DNA of 64,000 nucleotides, from contig CAWBOC010000005.1 of assembly GCA_963790305.1 (NCBI GenBank), positions 448,001 to 512,000 on the forward strand, read 5' to 3'. Source of the stretch: an uncultured Gemmatimonadaceae bacterium (lineage in GTDB: Bacteria; Gemmatimonadota; Gemmatimonadetes; Gemmatimonadales; Gemmatimonadaceae). A program made the position numbers and the translations under genes. The notes below the pieces were generated by a model. That model saw only the letters and a program-made list of their open reading frames with translations. It searched no databases and was not told where the DNA came from. Shown piece by piece: positions 8,636 through 18,281 of the stretch; the stretch's first letter is position 1; every line of letters begins with the position of its first letter.

Positions 8636-10800
8636 GGCTGCGCCGATCGGTTCCGCCGGTGCGCCAGCGCGACAGCTCTGACTGCGGCGCCGCCTGTCTC
8701 GTGAGCATTGCCGGATGGTATCGGCTGCGTCTCCCGATCGCGCGCGTACGACAGCTCACACATACCGACCGGCGTGGGACCACGGCGCTCGGCCTCGTGG
8801 AAGCCGCGACGAGACTGGGGTTCCAGGCCAAGGGCGTACGCGCGACACGAGAGGCGCTCGGGGCACTTCCGCTCCCGGCGATCGCCCACGTGACCCGCGG
8901 TCACCTGCAGCATTGGGTGGTCCTCTCGCGTCTCGAGGCGAGGCATATGGAGATCATGGACCCGGCCTCGGGAGCACGCGAGCGCGTCAGTCGGGAGTCC
9001 TTCGAGCGTGAATGGTCGGGAGCGATGGTGCTGCTCGCGCCTGCGAGTCGATTCGCTGCCGGGGACCAGCGAACCTCGATCGTTCGCCGCTTTATCGCTC
9101 TCATCGCGCCGCATCGAGCCATCCTCACCATGGCCCTCGTGGGCGCAGTGATCCACACCGCGCTCGGGCTGACGACGACCGTCTACGTGCAGCAGTTGGT
9201 GGATCACGTTCTCGTCGACGGCAATCGAAACCTGCTCAACCTGATGAGCGTCGCCGTGCTGACCCTGATTGCCGCGCAGACGCTCGTGGGCGGCATGAAG
9301 GGTCTCCTTGTTCTCCATATCGGCCAGCGGATCGACGCGACGCTCATCCTTGGATATTACAGACACCTGTTGAGCCTGCCGCAGCGTTTTTTCGACACAA
9401 TGCGGATTGGAGAGATCACCTCTCGCGTCGGCGATGCGGTCAGGATTCGCGCGCTCATCAACGACATTGCCGTCGAGCTCATCGTCAGCACGCTGGTGAT
9501 CGCGCTGTCACTCGTCCTGCTATTCCTGTACAGCGCGACGCTCGGTCTGCTGGTTCTGGGAACCTTTCCGATCTACGTTGCCATTTGGGCGCTGGCGAAC
9601 ACGCGGAACCGACACGCGTCGCGCGCGCTCATGGAGCGGAGCGCGGAGCTCCAGTCACAGATCGTGGAGTCGGTCTCCATGATCGGAACGATCAAGCGCT
9701 TTGGGCTGGAGACGGACATGGAGCTGCGCACGGAGGTTCGCTTCGTCCGACTTCTCCGGGCCGTGTTCCGGTCGGCGGGAACCGCTCTCATGACAAGCAC
9801 AGCGACCGGCGCGGTGTCACGGCTGGCAGTCGTCGCCGTGCTCTGGACAGGGTCAGTCCTCGTGATCGAGCGCCGGCTAACACCCGGCGAGCTCATGTCT
9901 TCCTATGCGCTGCTCGGATACCTGACCGGTCCACTACTGACGTTGATCACCGCAAACCGAAGCATTCAGAATGCGCTCATCGCCGCGGATCGCCTGTTCG
10001 AGATCCTTGACCTGGAACAGGATCGCGTCACCGCGCATGCAACGATGGATGTGACCATCGGTGGCGACATCGACTTCGAGCACGTGAGCTTCCGCTACGG
10101 GGCGCGCGCACCGGCGCTCCGAAATGTGACACTACGATTTCGTCGTGGTGCCATCACGGCGGTCGTCGGCGACAGTGGTTCCGGGAAGAGCACGATCGCC
10201 GCACTCGCGCAGCGCGTGTATGTGGCGGACGACGGCCGCGTTCGCATCGGGGGCATCGACGTTCGACACCTGAGCAGCGAATCGATACGCGCGCTGGTCT
10301 GTACGGTGCCACAGCGCATCGATCTCCTCGCGGGGTCGATTGTCGAGAACATTGCCCTTGGTGATTCAGAGCCCGACATGAGACGCGTCCTCGAGGCAGC
10401 GCGGGCCGCAGGAATCGTCGACATGATCGATCGCCTTCCGGCGGGAGTCGACACCGAGCTGGGCGAAAATGGCGCCACGCTGTCAGGGGGCGAGCGTCAG
10501 CGCCTCGCGATCGCGCGCGCTCTGTACCGGGATTCGGAGATTCTCATTCTCGACGAGGCGACATCATCGCTCGATGGCCCGTCGGTGCAGCGGGTTCGTC
10601 AGCTCACCGAGGAGCGTCGCGCTCGCGGGCGGACGGTGATCGTGATCGCGCACAGCCCCGATCTCGTGATCGGCGCGGATCACATCGTCGTCATGCGAGA
10701 CGGGATCGTCGTCGAGGAGGGGACGCACGCCGACCTCATCAGCCGGCGTGGCGCCTATCATGCGTTATGGGAAGGCCGAAGCCTTGGGCGTGTGGCGTAA
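8632..10800 (+). CDS. Peptidase C39-containing ABC transporter (PCAT)
   Basis: 'QRDSSDCGAAC', 'HWVVL', 'IMDP' catalytic residues; Walker A GDSGSGKST, LSGGERQ, ILILDE, H-loop. Confidence 0.95.
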   Translation: MRLRRSVPPVRQRDSSDCGAACLVSIAGWYRLRLPIARVRQLTHTDRRGTTALGLVEAATRLGFQAKGVRATREALGALPLPAIAHVTRGHLQHWVVLSRLEARHMEIMDPASGARERVSRESFEREWSGAMVLLAPASRFAAGDQRTSIVRRFIALIAPHRAILTMALVGAVIHTALGLTTTVYVQQLVDHVLVDGNRNLLNLMSVAVLTLIAAQTLVGGMKGLLVLHIGQRIDATLILGYYRHLLSLPQRFFDTMRIGEITSRVGDAVRIRALINDIAVELIVSTLVIALSLVLLFLYSATLGLLVLGTFPIYVAIWALANTRNRHASRALMERSAELQSQIVESVSMIGTIKRFGLETDMELRTEVRFVRLLRAVFRSAGTALMTSTATGAVSRLAVVAVLWTGSVLVIERRLTPGELMSSYALLGYLTGPLLTLITANRSIQNALIAADRLFEILDLEQDRVTAHATMDVTIGGDIDFEHVSFRYGARAPALRNVTLRFRRGAITAVVGDSGSGKSTIAALAQRVYVADDGRVRIGGIDVRHLSSESIRALVCTVPQRIDLLAGSIVENIALGDSEPDMRRVLEAARAAGIVDMIDRLPAGVDTELGENGATLSGGERQRLAIARALYRDSEILILDEATSSLDGPSVQRVRQLTEERRARGRTVIVIAHSPDLVIGADHIVVMRDGIVVEEGTHADLISRRGAYHALWEGRSLGRVA

Positions 10801-10808
10801 CACCCGCG

Positions 10809-12296
10809 TCAGGGCGTTACCAACCTCAATTCGTTCCCGCGTGTGCTGTCCCACTTCTCGGTGAGCGACGCACGGGCGGCGTCGATTTGCGATCGAACGG
10901 CTCCCGGCCCCGTCCCCCCTTCCGCCTCCCGTCGCTCGACCGATCGCAGCGCCGACAGGGCGTCGAACACATCGCGCTCGAACTCCGAATGCGCCGACGC
11001 GAAGGACTCGAAGGGGAGCGTGTTCAGCTCGCAACGCTTCTCTTCTGCTTCGCGCACCAGCTTCCCGACCGCGGCATGCGCCTCGCGGAACGAGGCGCCC
11101 TTCTCCACGAGATAGTCCGCGAGATCGGTTGCCATCATCGAGCTCCCCAGCGCCGACTTCATTCGCTCCGGGCGAAACGCCAGCTCGGCGAGTGTTCCGG
11201 TGACTGCCGGAAGCACCAGCAGCATGGTGTCGACCGCATCGAACAAGGCTCGCTTGTCGTCCTGCAAATCCTTGTTGTAGCCGGTGGGCAGGCCTTTGAT
11301 GGTGCCGAGAAGGGCGACCAGATCCCCCAGCAGTCGCGCACCCGAGCCGCGCGCGATCTCCAGCGCATCCGGATTGCGCTTCTGCGGCATCATGCTCGAT
11401 CCGGTGGTGAACGAGTCGCCGAACTGCACGAACCCGAACTCGCTGGACCCGAACAGGATGAGATCTTCGGCCAGGCGCGACAGGTGGGTGGCGAGCATCG
11501 TCGTCGCGAACAGAAGCTCCGCAACGAAGTCACGATCGCTCACCGCATCGATGCTGTTCCGCGACAGGCCGGCGAACCCGAGGCTTCCCTGAAGCAGCAC
11601 GCGGGAAATCGGGAATGCGCAGCCCGCGATGGCGCCAGAGCCTAACGGCAGGACGCCAGCGGCGCGCGATGCGCCCTCGATTCGGGCGCGGTCGCGATCG
11701 AGCGGCCAAAAGTGCGAGAGCATCCAATGGGAAGCGAGCACTGGCTGTGCGCGCTGCAAGTGCGTGTACGACGGCATGAGCGTCGCACCCAGCTCGACCG
11801 CCCGGTCGAGCATCGTACGCTGCAGGGCACGCACGGCCGCGTCCAGCGTCGTACACGCCTCCATCGCCCACAGGCGCGTGGCGGTCGCCACCTGATCGTT
11901 GCGCGACCGCCCGGTATGAAGCTTGGACGCGATGTCCCCGATCTCTTCGTGCAGAAGGCGATCGATGAGCGTGTGCACGTCCTCGTCGGACGCGATCGGA
12001 GACTCGCCGGCGCCGAGGCGTTCGGCGACAGCGTCGAGTCCGTGCTCGATGGCCGTACTCTCTTCCAGGGTGAGGACGCCTGCATGCCAGAGCGCCACCG
12101 CCCAGGCCTTGGAAAGCTTCACGTCGAACGGCCAGAGACGGAGATCGGTCCCGATCGACCGGTTCAGAGCATCGAGCTCCGGTGCCGGGCCGGTCGCGAA
12201 GCGGCCACCCCACAACCGATGTGTGCCGCGGGCGGTGCGCTGCGCGGCTGTGTCGTCCGCGCCGGTATCGGGCTCGACTACGAGGTTGGGAATCAT
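10809..12296 (-). CDS. argH: Argininosuccinate lyase
   Basis: 'LWGGRF', 'HTGRSRNDQ', 'YTHLQRAQP', 'GSSMMPQKRNPD'. Confidence 0.97.
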   Translation of the reverse strand: MIPNLVVEPDTGADDTAAQRTARGTHRLWGGRFATGPAPELDALNRSIGTDLRLWPFDVKLSKAWAVALWHAGVLTLEESTAIEHGLDAVAERLGAGESPIASDEDVHTLIDRLLHEEIGDIASKLHTGRSRNDQVATATRLWAMEACTTLDAAVRALQRTMLDRAVELGATLMPSYTHLQRAQPVLASHWMLSHFWPLDRDRARIEGASRAAGVLPLGSGAIAGCAFPISRVLLQGSLGFAGLSRNSIDAVSDRDFVAELLFATTMLATHLSRLAEDLILFGSSEFGFVQFGDSFTTGSSMMPQKRNPDALEIARGSGARLLGDLVALLGTIKGLPTGYNKDLQDDKRALFDAVDTMLLVLPAVTGTLAELAFRPERMKSALGSSMMATDLADYLVEKGASFREAHAAVGKLVREAEEKRCELNTLPFESFASAHSEFERDVFDALSALRSVERREAEGGTGPGAVRSQIDAARASLTEKWDSTRGNELRLVTP

Positions 12297-12303
12297 CTCA
12301 GCC

Positions 12304-13566
12304 TCACGCGATCGCGAGAGAGGGTTCAGGCTCCGCTTCCTGCTTCTCCGTGGACTCCTCGACTGCGTCGCGAGCTTCGGCGTCCTTGAGCGCGCGGACA
12401 CGCGCGGGAAGGGCGAACAGGCGAATGAAGCCGCCCGCGTCTGCCTGTTCGTACACGTCGTCCTCGCCGAACGTCACGAAGCGCTCGTCATAGAGCGCGT
12501 GGTCACTCGCGCGACCAGCGATGATCACATTGCCCTTGTAGAGGCGCAGTGTGACGGTCCCGGTCACGCGTTCCTGCGTCACCGATACGAACGCATCATA
12601 GGCTTCGCGCTCGGTGGTCCACCACCGCCCCTCATAGACGAGGTCGGCGTATCGTGGCGCGATGAGATCCTTGGCGGCAAGCGTTCGGCGATCGAGGACC
12701 AGCTGCTCGAGCTCCGAATGCGCCGCGTAGAGGAGCGTCCCGCCAGGCGTCTCGTAAATACCGCGAGACTTCATGCCGACCAGTCGATCCTCCACGAGGT
12801 CAATGCGTCCAACGCCATGACGGCCGCCGATCGTGTTGAGCGTTGACACCAGCGTCACGGGATCCAGGCGCTCGCCATTCACCGCGACCGGGGTTCCGCG
12901 CTCGAACTCTATCGTTACGTCCTCGTGCTCATCAGGCGCCTCGGCCGGCGAGGTACTGAGCATGAACAGATCGTCGGGCGGAACGGCCGAAGGATCCTCG
13001 AGCATCCCGCCCTCGTGCGAGATGTGCCACAGGTTACTGTCACGCGAGTAGATCTTCTGCGCGGTGGCCGCGACCGGGATGTTGCGCTTCGCGGCATACG
13101 CGAGCGCATCCTCGCGGCTCCGAATATCCCAGACGCGCCATGGCGCGATGACCGGAAGCTCGGGGGCGAACGTCGCGTAGGTGAGCTCGAAGCGCACCTG
13201 GTCATTCCCCTTGCCGGTGCATCCATGTGCGAGCGCATCTGCCCCGATGGCCTTGGCAACCTCGCACTGGCGGCGCGCGATCAACGGGCGCGCGATGGAC
13301 GTGCCGAGGAGGTATTTCCGTCCGTAGATGGCCCCGGCGCGAAGCATGGGCCACAGGAAGTCCTCGACGAACTCCTGTCGAAGATCCTCCACGTAGCACT
13401 CGTCGGCGCCGGAGGCGAGCGCCTTGGCGCGGACGCCTTCGAGCTCGTTCCCCTGGCCGATGTCGGCCGCGACGCAAACGACCCGGGCCTCGTAATGCTC
13501 CTTGAGCCAGGGAACGATGATCGACGTGTCGAGTCCGCCGGAGTAGGCGAGGACGATAGTGCGCAT
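12304..13566 (-). CDS. argG: Argininosuccinate synthase
   Basis: '[10 protein letters not shown]', '[14 protein letters not shown]', '[12 protein letters not shown]'. Confidence 0.97.
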   Translation of the reverse strand: MRTIVLAYSGGLDTSIIVPWLKEHYEARVVCVAADIGQGNELEGVRAKALASGADECYVEDLRQEFVEDFLWPMLRAGAIYGRKYLLGTSIARPLIARRQCEVAKAIGADALAHGCTGKGNDQVRFELTYATFAPELPVIAPWRVWDIRSREDALAYAAKRNIPVAATAQKIYSRDSNLWHISHEGGMLEDPSAVPPDDLFMLSTSPAEAPDEHEDVTIEFERGTPVAVNGERLDPVTLVSTLNTIGGRHGVGRIDLVEDRLVGMKSRGIYETPGGTLLYAAHSELEQLVLDRRTLAAKDLIAPRYADLVYEGRWWTTEREAYDAFVSVTQERVTGTVTLRLYKGNVIIAGRASDHALYDERFVTFGEDDVYEQADAGGFIRLFALPARVRALKDAEARDAVEESTEKQEAEPEPSLAIA

Positions 13567-13579
13567 TGGCAGCCCCAAT

Positions 13580-13632
13580 TGAGAGAATATGCAGTGCGGA
13601 TGCATAATCTCTCGTTTACGCCCGATTGTCAA
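13580..13632 (-). promoter_or_regulatory. argGH promoter with tandem ARG boxes
   Basis: Minus-strand TTGACA(13632-13627)-N17-GATTAT; two 14-bp box cores (13580-13593, 13601-13614) 7 nt apart. Confidence 0.75.
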
Positions 13633-13676
13633 GTGAAAGGGTCACCTTCCGCGAGGCCCCTGGCGGAGGCAGTCGG

Positions 13677-14138
13677 CTACCGCCCCGCCAACGTTCGGAT
13701 TCGCCGAACCAGGCGCTCGCGGGCGGCTGTCGAGCGGCAGATCAGCAGGATGGTGTCGTCACCGGCGAGCGTGCCGAGGATGTCCGGCCACGCCTCGGCG
13801 TCGATGGCGCGTGCGATCGGCTGAGCGCCGCCCGGGACGGTGCGGATCACGACCATCTCGCCGACGCCGTCGACGGTGTTGAACAGCGGTGGAAGGACCG
13901 CCTCGAGGACCGGGTTTCCATCACTGGCGGAGGCGCCGCCCGCGGCCAGGGTGTAGCGCGCGCCCTCGGGCGTCGATACCCTCGCAACCCCGAGCTCCCG
14001 CAGGTCTCGAGAGAGCGTTGCCTGCGTCACATCCCATCCGCGCTGCCGGAGCATCTTGCGGAGCTCCTCCTGACTGCCGACCTCACGTGCCTCGATGAGC
14101 TCGCGGATGGTCGCCTGGCGCACGCGCTTGTTGGCCAT
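13677..14138 (-). CDS. argR: Arginine repressor
   Basis: 'SQEEL', 'VTQATLSRDLREL', 'GTLAGDDT'. Confidence 0.95.
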   Translation of the reverse strand: MANKRVRQATIRELIEAREVGSQEELRKMLRQRGWDVTQATLSRDLRELGVARVSTPEGARYTLAAGGASASDGNPVLEAVLPPLFNTVDGVGEMVVIRTVPGGAQPIARAIDAEAWPDILGTLAGDDTILLICRSTAARERLVRRIRTLAGR

Positions 14139-14222
14139 GCCGATAAAGTGGTGGCTCCGTGGCGGTGGGTCGAGGGTCACCGGCGACATCGCGCATCTTT
14201 TTCAGGAAGCGTCCCGAAGGTC

Positions 14223-14272
14223 TTGACCACGCCGTCTTGCATGTATATTCATTCCCTGTGCATAAACTTCCC
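14223..14272 (+). promoter_or_regulatory. argCBD promoter with tandem ARG boxes
   Basis: TTGACC...TATATT; TGCATGTATATTCA (14238-14251) and TGCATAAACTTCCC (14259-14272), 7 nt apart. Confidence 0.75.
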
Positions 14273-15337
14273 GTTGGGGTGCTCGGCGCGTCTGGCTATG
14301 CCGGCCGTGAGCTGTGCGCCCTCATCGCGCAACACCCCGCGCTCGACCTCCATTTCGCGACCGCCAACGAGCGAAAGGGAGAACGTGCGCGCCTGGGTGG
14401 CCAGGAGGTGCGATTCGTCGCGCACGATGATGCGCATCTGGAAAAGTGCGCTCTGGTTTTCAGCGCGTTGCCGCACGGTGCGTCGGCTCCCTGGGTTCGA
14501 CGCGCCCGAGAGGCGGGAGCCAAGGTGGTCGATCTCTCTGCCGATCTGAGACCCGGGTCGACCACGAAGGAAGGCGCACGGGGAGTCACGAATGTGGTGG
14601 CTGCATCCGCGCACGGGGCAGCTGCGGAGGGACGTGCTCCGGGCGTTGCGACAGCCGCGCATCCGCAGGTATTGGCGGGGGCATCGTCGACCGTTCCGTA
14701 CGGTCTCACCGAGCTCAATAGGGCCGCCATCACCACGGCCGACCTCGTCGCCAATCCGGGGTGTTATCCCACGGCGATCCTGATCGCCCTCGCCCCGCTT
14801 GCCGAACGACAGCTCATCGCTCCGGGCGCCACGGTGACTGCGAGTGCCGCCAGCGGAGTCACCGGGGCGGGCTTCACTCCGCGCGCCGATCTTCTTTTCG
14901 GTGAGGTGACGGAAGACTTCCGTCCGTACGCGGCGGGGAACGAGCATCGTCACCTCCCCGAGATGACGGCAACGCTCGCGCGATGGGGCGCGGATTGCGA
15001 TCTGATCTTTGCGCCGCATCTGCTTCCAGTGGCACGCGGCATTCTTGCCACATTGTCGATCCCGCTCACCGCGCCCTTGCCCACGCCGAACTCGCTGTGG
15101 CGTGAGCGATTTGCCGGGGAACCGTTCATCGAGATCGCCGATGAGCTTCCTGCCTTGCGAGATGTGGTGCGGCGCAACGTCGTTCGCATCTGCGCGACCA
15201 CCACCGCAAACGTCCGCACACCAACGCTCGTGGTTTACGCGGCGATCGATAATCTGGTGAAAGGCGCGGCTGGCCAGGCGCTGCAGAACGCGAACCTCAT
15301 GCTCGGCCTTCCCGAGCAGCAAGGACTGCCCTCGTGA
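14258..15337 (+). CDS. argC: N-acetyl-gamma-glutamyl-phosphate reductase
   Basis: 'GVLGASGYAG', 'ALPHG', 'VANPGCY', 'SGVTGAG', 'IDNLVKGAAGQA'. Confidence 0.93.
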   Translation: MHKLPVGVLGASGYAGRELCALIAQHPALDLHFATANERKGERARLGGQEVRFVAHDDAHLEKCALVFSALPHGASAPWVRRAREAGAKVVDLSADLRPGSTTKEGARGVTNVVAASAHGAAAEGRAPGVATAAHPQVLAGASSTVPYGLTELNRAAITTADLVANPGCYPTAILIALAPLAERQLIAPGATVTASAASGVTGAGFTPRADLLFGEVTEDFRPYAAGNEHRHLPEMTATLARWGADCDLIFAPHLLPVARGILATLSIPLTAPLPTPNSLWRERFAGEPFIEIADELPALRDVVRRNVVRICATTTANVRTPTLVVYAAIDNLVKGAAGQALQNANLMLGLPEQQGLPS

Positions 15338-16119
15338 TCCGCCTGGTGAAGATCGGTGGGCGCGCGCAGCAGTCGGCCTCGCTCATCCCTGCCCTCGCCT
15401 CGGCGTGGCGCGCCACTCCTGGCGCGCTCGTCGTCGTGCACGGCGGCGGCGACGAAGTGACGGCACTCCAGCGCACGCTGGGACGCGATCCTCAGTTCGT
15501 CGATGGACGCCGGGTAACGACCGATGACGACATCGCGATCCTCCGCATGACCCTGTCCGGGGTCGTCAACAAGCGGCTCGTGGCCGCGCTTGTCGCGGAC
15601 GGAATTCCGGCAGTCGGCATCTCAGGCGAGGATGCGGCGGTATTGTCGGCTGAGCCTATCAATGCGGCGACCATGGGTCGCGCGGGAGAGCCCGCGCATG
15701 CGAACGTGCACCTCGTGCGGCATCTCCTCCAGGGCGGGTTCCTGCCGGTGATCTCACCTCTCGCCCGAGACGCACGCTCGGATTCCGGCGACGCGCTCAA
15801 CGTCAACGGGGACGATGCGGCGGCTGCCATCGCAGGAGCGCTGGGGGTTGGGGAGCTGCTCTTCATCGCCGACGTGCCCGGAGTCCTCGAGGGCGGCAAC
15901 GTCATTCCTACGCTCGATTCCGAGCGCAGGCGCGCACTCATCGCCGCTGGCACCGTCACTGCCGGGATGATTGCGAAGCTCGAGGCCTCGCATCGTGCAC
16001 TCGCGGCTGGAGTGCCCCAGGTGCGCATTGGCGATCTCGACGCGATCGCGGACGCTGGCCGGGGAACTCGAATCGTGACCGCGTCCGTGCCGCAGACCTT
16101 CACTTCGGTACTCGCATGA
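15334..16119 (+). CDS. argB: Acetylglutamate kinase
   Basis: 'VKIGG', 'VHGGG', 'GRRVT', 'NVNGD', 'DVPGV', 'GMIAKL'. Confidence 0.92.
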   Translation: MIRLVKIGGRAQQSASLIPALASAWRATPGALVVVHGGGDEVTALQRTLGRDPQFVDGRRVTTDDDIAILRMTLSGVVNKRLVAALVADGIPAVGISGEDAAVLSAEPINAATMGRAGEPAHANVHLVRHLLQGGFLPVISPLARDARSDSGDALNVNGDDAAAAIAGALGVGELLFIADVPGVLEGGNVIPTLDSERRRALIAAGTVTAGMIAKLEASHRALAAGVPQVRIGDLDAIADAGRGTRIVTASVPQTFTSVLA

Positions 16120-17309
16120 CCGCTACCGTTCAACTCGCGGCCCCGCCGCACGAGGAAGCCTTGCTCCCCGTCTATCGCCGAGTCCCGCTCGAGATTGTGC
16201 GCGGCGAAGGGGTATACGTCTATGACCCCGATGGGCGTGCCTATCTTGATTTCGTCAGCGGCATCGCCGTCAACGCACTCGGGTATGGCGACGACGGCAT
16301 TCGCGCCGCCATCGAAAGCGCCCTCTCGTCAGGCGTGCTGCACGCGTCGAACCTGTATCACACGGCGCCGGCGCGCGCGCTGGCCACGGCTCTCGCGGAG
16401 CGGTCCTTCGCCGCGAAAGTCTTTTTCTGCAACTCGGGGGCGGAAGCCAACGAGGGTGCGTTCAAGTTCGCGCGGCGCTGGGCGCTCAGCCACGGCGGCC
16501 CAGGGAAGCACGAGATCCTCGCCCTTCGGGGCAGCTTTCACGGCCGCCTCTTCGCATTGCTTGCGGCGACGGATCGACCGTCGTACCGCGCACCGTTCCG
16601 TCCGCTCGCTGGCGGCGTCGGGATCGTCGAGCGGGATGTGAGCGCTCTCGACATCGCGCTCAATTCCGAGACGGTGGCCGCGCTGATCGTCGAGCCGGTG
16701 CAAGGCGAGGGTGGTGTGCGCGTGCTGGACGGCGATTTCATGCGCGCGGTGCGTGAGATGACGCAGACGCGCGGGATCGCGCTCATTCTCGATGAAGTGC
16801 AGTGCGGGCTCGGCCGGACCGGCCACCTGTTCGCCTACGAGCGGTACGGTGTCGAGCCGGATCTCCTTACGCTCGCGAAACCATTGGCTGGAGGACTGCC
16901 GATGGGCGCGGTGCTGCTCAACGAGCAAATCGCGTCAGCCGTTCGGCCCGGTGATCACGCGACGACCTTCGGCGGCGGACCACTGGTCGCGAGCGTCGCG
17001 CTGCACGTGCTCGAGCGCGTGAGCAACGCCGCTTTCCTCGCTGGTGTGCGCGAGCGCGGTCTGTGGCTCGGGCAGCAGCTCCGTGCACTTGCCACCCGCA
17101 CCAGCCGGGTGCGCGCGGTGCGGGGAGTCGGATACATGTGGGGTGTCGATGTGACCGTGCCTGCATCCGAGCTCGTCACCGCGGCGCTCGAGGAGGGTCT
17201 GCTGGTGTGCACGGCAGGCGAGCATACCGTGCGCCTATTGCCGCCGTTGATCGCCACGCGGGACGAATTGGCCCACGGGCTGGGGGTGCTCGAGCGGATT
17301 CTCTCCTAG
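16116..17309 (+). CDS. argD: Acetylornithine aminotransferase
   Basis: 'FCNSGAEANE', 'SFHGR', 'DEVQCGLGRTG', 'AKPLAGGLP', 'TTFGG'. Confidence 0.92.
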   Translation: MTATVQLAAPPHEEALLPVYRRVPLEIVRGEGVYVYDPDGRAYLDFVSGIAVNALGYGDDGIRAAIESALSSGVLHASNLYHTAPARALATALAERSFAAKVFFCNSGAEANEGAFKFARRWALSHGGPGKHEILALRGSFHGRLFALLAATDRPSYRAPFRPLAGGVGIVERDVSALDIALNSETVAALIVEPVQGEGGVRVLDGDFMRAVREMTQTRGIALILDEVQCGLGRTGHLFAYERYGVEPDLLTLAKPLAGGLPMGAVLLNEQIASAVRPGDHATTFGGGPLVASVALHVLERVSNAAFLAGVRERGLWLGQQLRALATRTSRVRAVRGVGYMWGVDVTVPASELVTAALEEGLLVCTAGEHTVRLLPPLIATRDELAHGLGVLERILS

Positions 17310-17462
17310 CCTGGCGACTGGCCGCGCGGCCGTGACGCCGCGTACCGCGTTGAAATCGCGACCGGGTGTATCTATGTTGTCGCGCAGCCGGTGTGTGTTC
17401 GGGTCGATGAGGACCAAAGACGCCCCGGTGTGCAGGAATCCCAACGCCTAAGGAGAGTGTCC

Positions 17463-18017
17463 ATGAAGCGCGTCGTTTCGTTGTTTGCCGCCGTCGCCAT
17501 GACCGTTGTCATGGGTGCGAGCGCCGCCGAAGCGCAGAGTCCGATTCGGTTTGGCCTTGCGGGCGGGCTGACACTGCCGCAGTCCGATCTCGGAGACGTG
17601 TTCGAGAGCGGTTTCCATGGTCAGGTAATGCTCGGCTTCGGCATGATGGCCTTGCCGGTCAAGCTGCGCGCGGACCTGACGTATCACAGCCTTGGTATCG
17701 AAGGCGACGGCGGTATCGGCTTCGATGACGACGATGATCTGCGCGTGATCAGCGGTGCGCTCAACGCCATCGTCGGCATGGGTGGCATTGGAGTGAAGCC
17801 GTACCTCACGGGTGGTGTCGGTCTCTACAACTCGAAGTTCGGTGACTTTGACGCCGAGAATGACTTCGGTCTCAATGGTGGTGTGGGCCTCGAGTTCAGT
17901 CTGACCGGTATGAGCACGTTCCTCGAAGTCCGCTACATCAAGGTCTTCGTTGGCGATGATGACGGCGAGGACATCAGCGCCGCGATCGTGCCGATCACGT
18001 TCGGGATCATGTTCTAA
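17463..18017 (+). CDS. Small outer-membrane beta-barrel protein
   Basis: AGGAG RBS, signal peptide (AEA|Q), alternating beta strands, C-terminal Phe. Confidence 0.8.
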   Translation: MKRVVSLFAAVAMTVVMGASAAEAQSPIRFGLAGGLTLPQSDLGDVFESGFHGQVMLGFGMMALPVKLRADLTYHSLGIEGDGGIGFDDDDDLRVISGALNAIVGMGGIGVKPYLTGGVGLYNSKFGDFDAENDFGLNGGVGLEFSLTGMSTFLEVRYIKVFVGDDDGEDISAAIVPITFGIMF

Positions 18018-18112
18018 AGCGGCTGCGAACTGCGAGCTGCGAACGAAAGGCTCTCGGGAAGCTAGATTTCCCGGGGGCCTTTTGTTTCGCAGCTCCCCAG
18101 TTCGCAGCCGCT
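18018..18112. repeat. Long inverted repeat built of CTGCGA(A/G) heptamers, terminator-like
   Basis: Perfect 15-bp outer arms AGCGGCTGCGAACTG / CAGTTCGCAGCCGCT enclosing an inner stem. Confidence 0.8.
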
Positions 18113-18281
18113 ATTTGTCTCTCGCCTTGGACGAACCCGCGTCCATTCCGGATGGCACCCGTATCGCCGCGGGGGGCGAACGCGTCTATAAGTGACGGTG
18201 ACACAACGAAGTAGCGAACGCTCTCGGGCGGCATCTGCCGTGCGTCGAAGCGTCATCGACCTCATCCGCGGAAGCGACACC

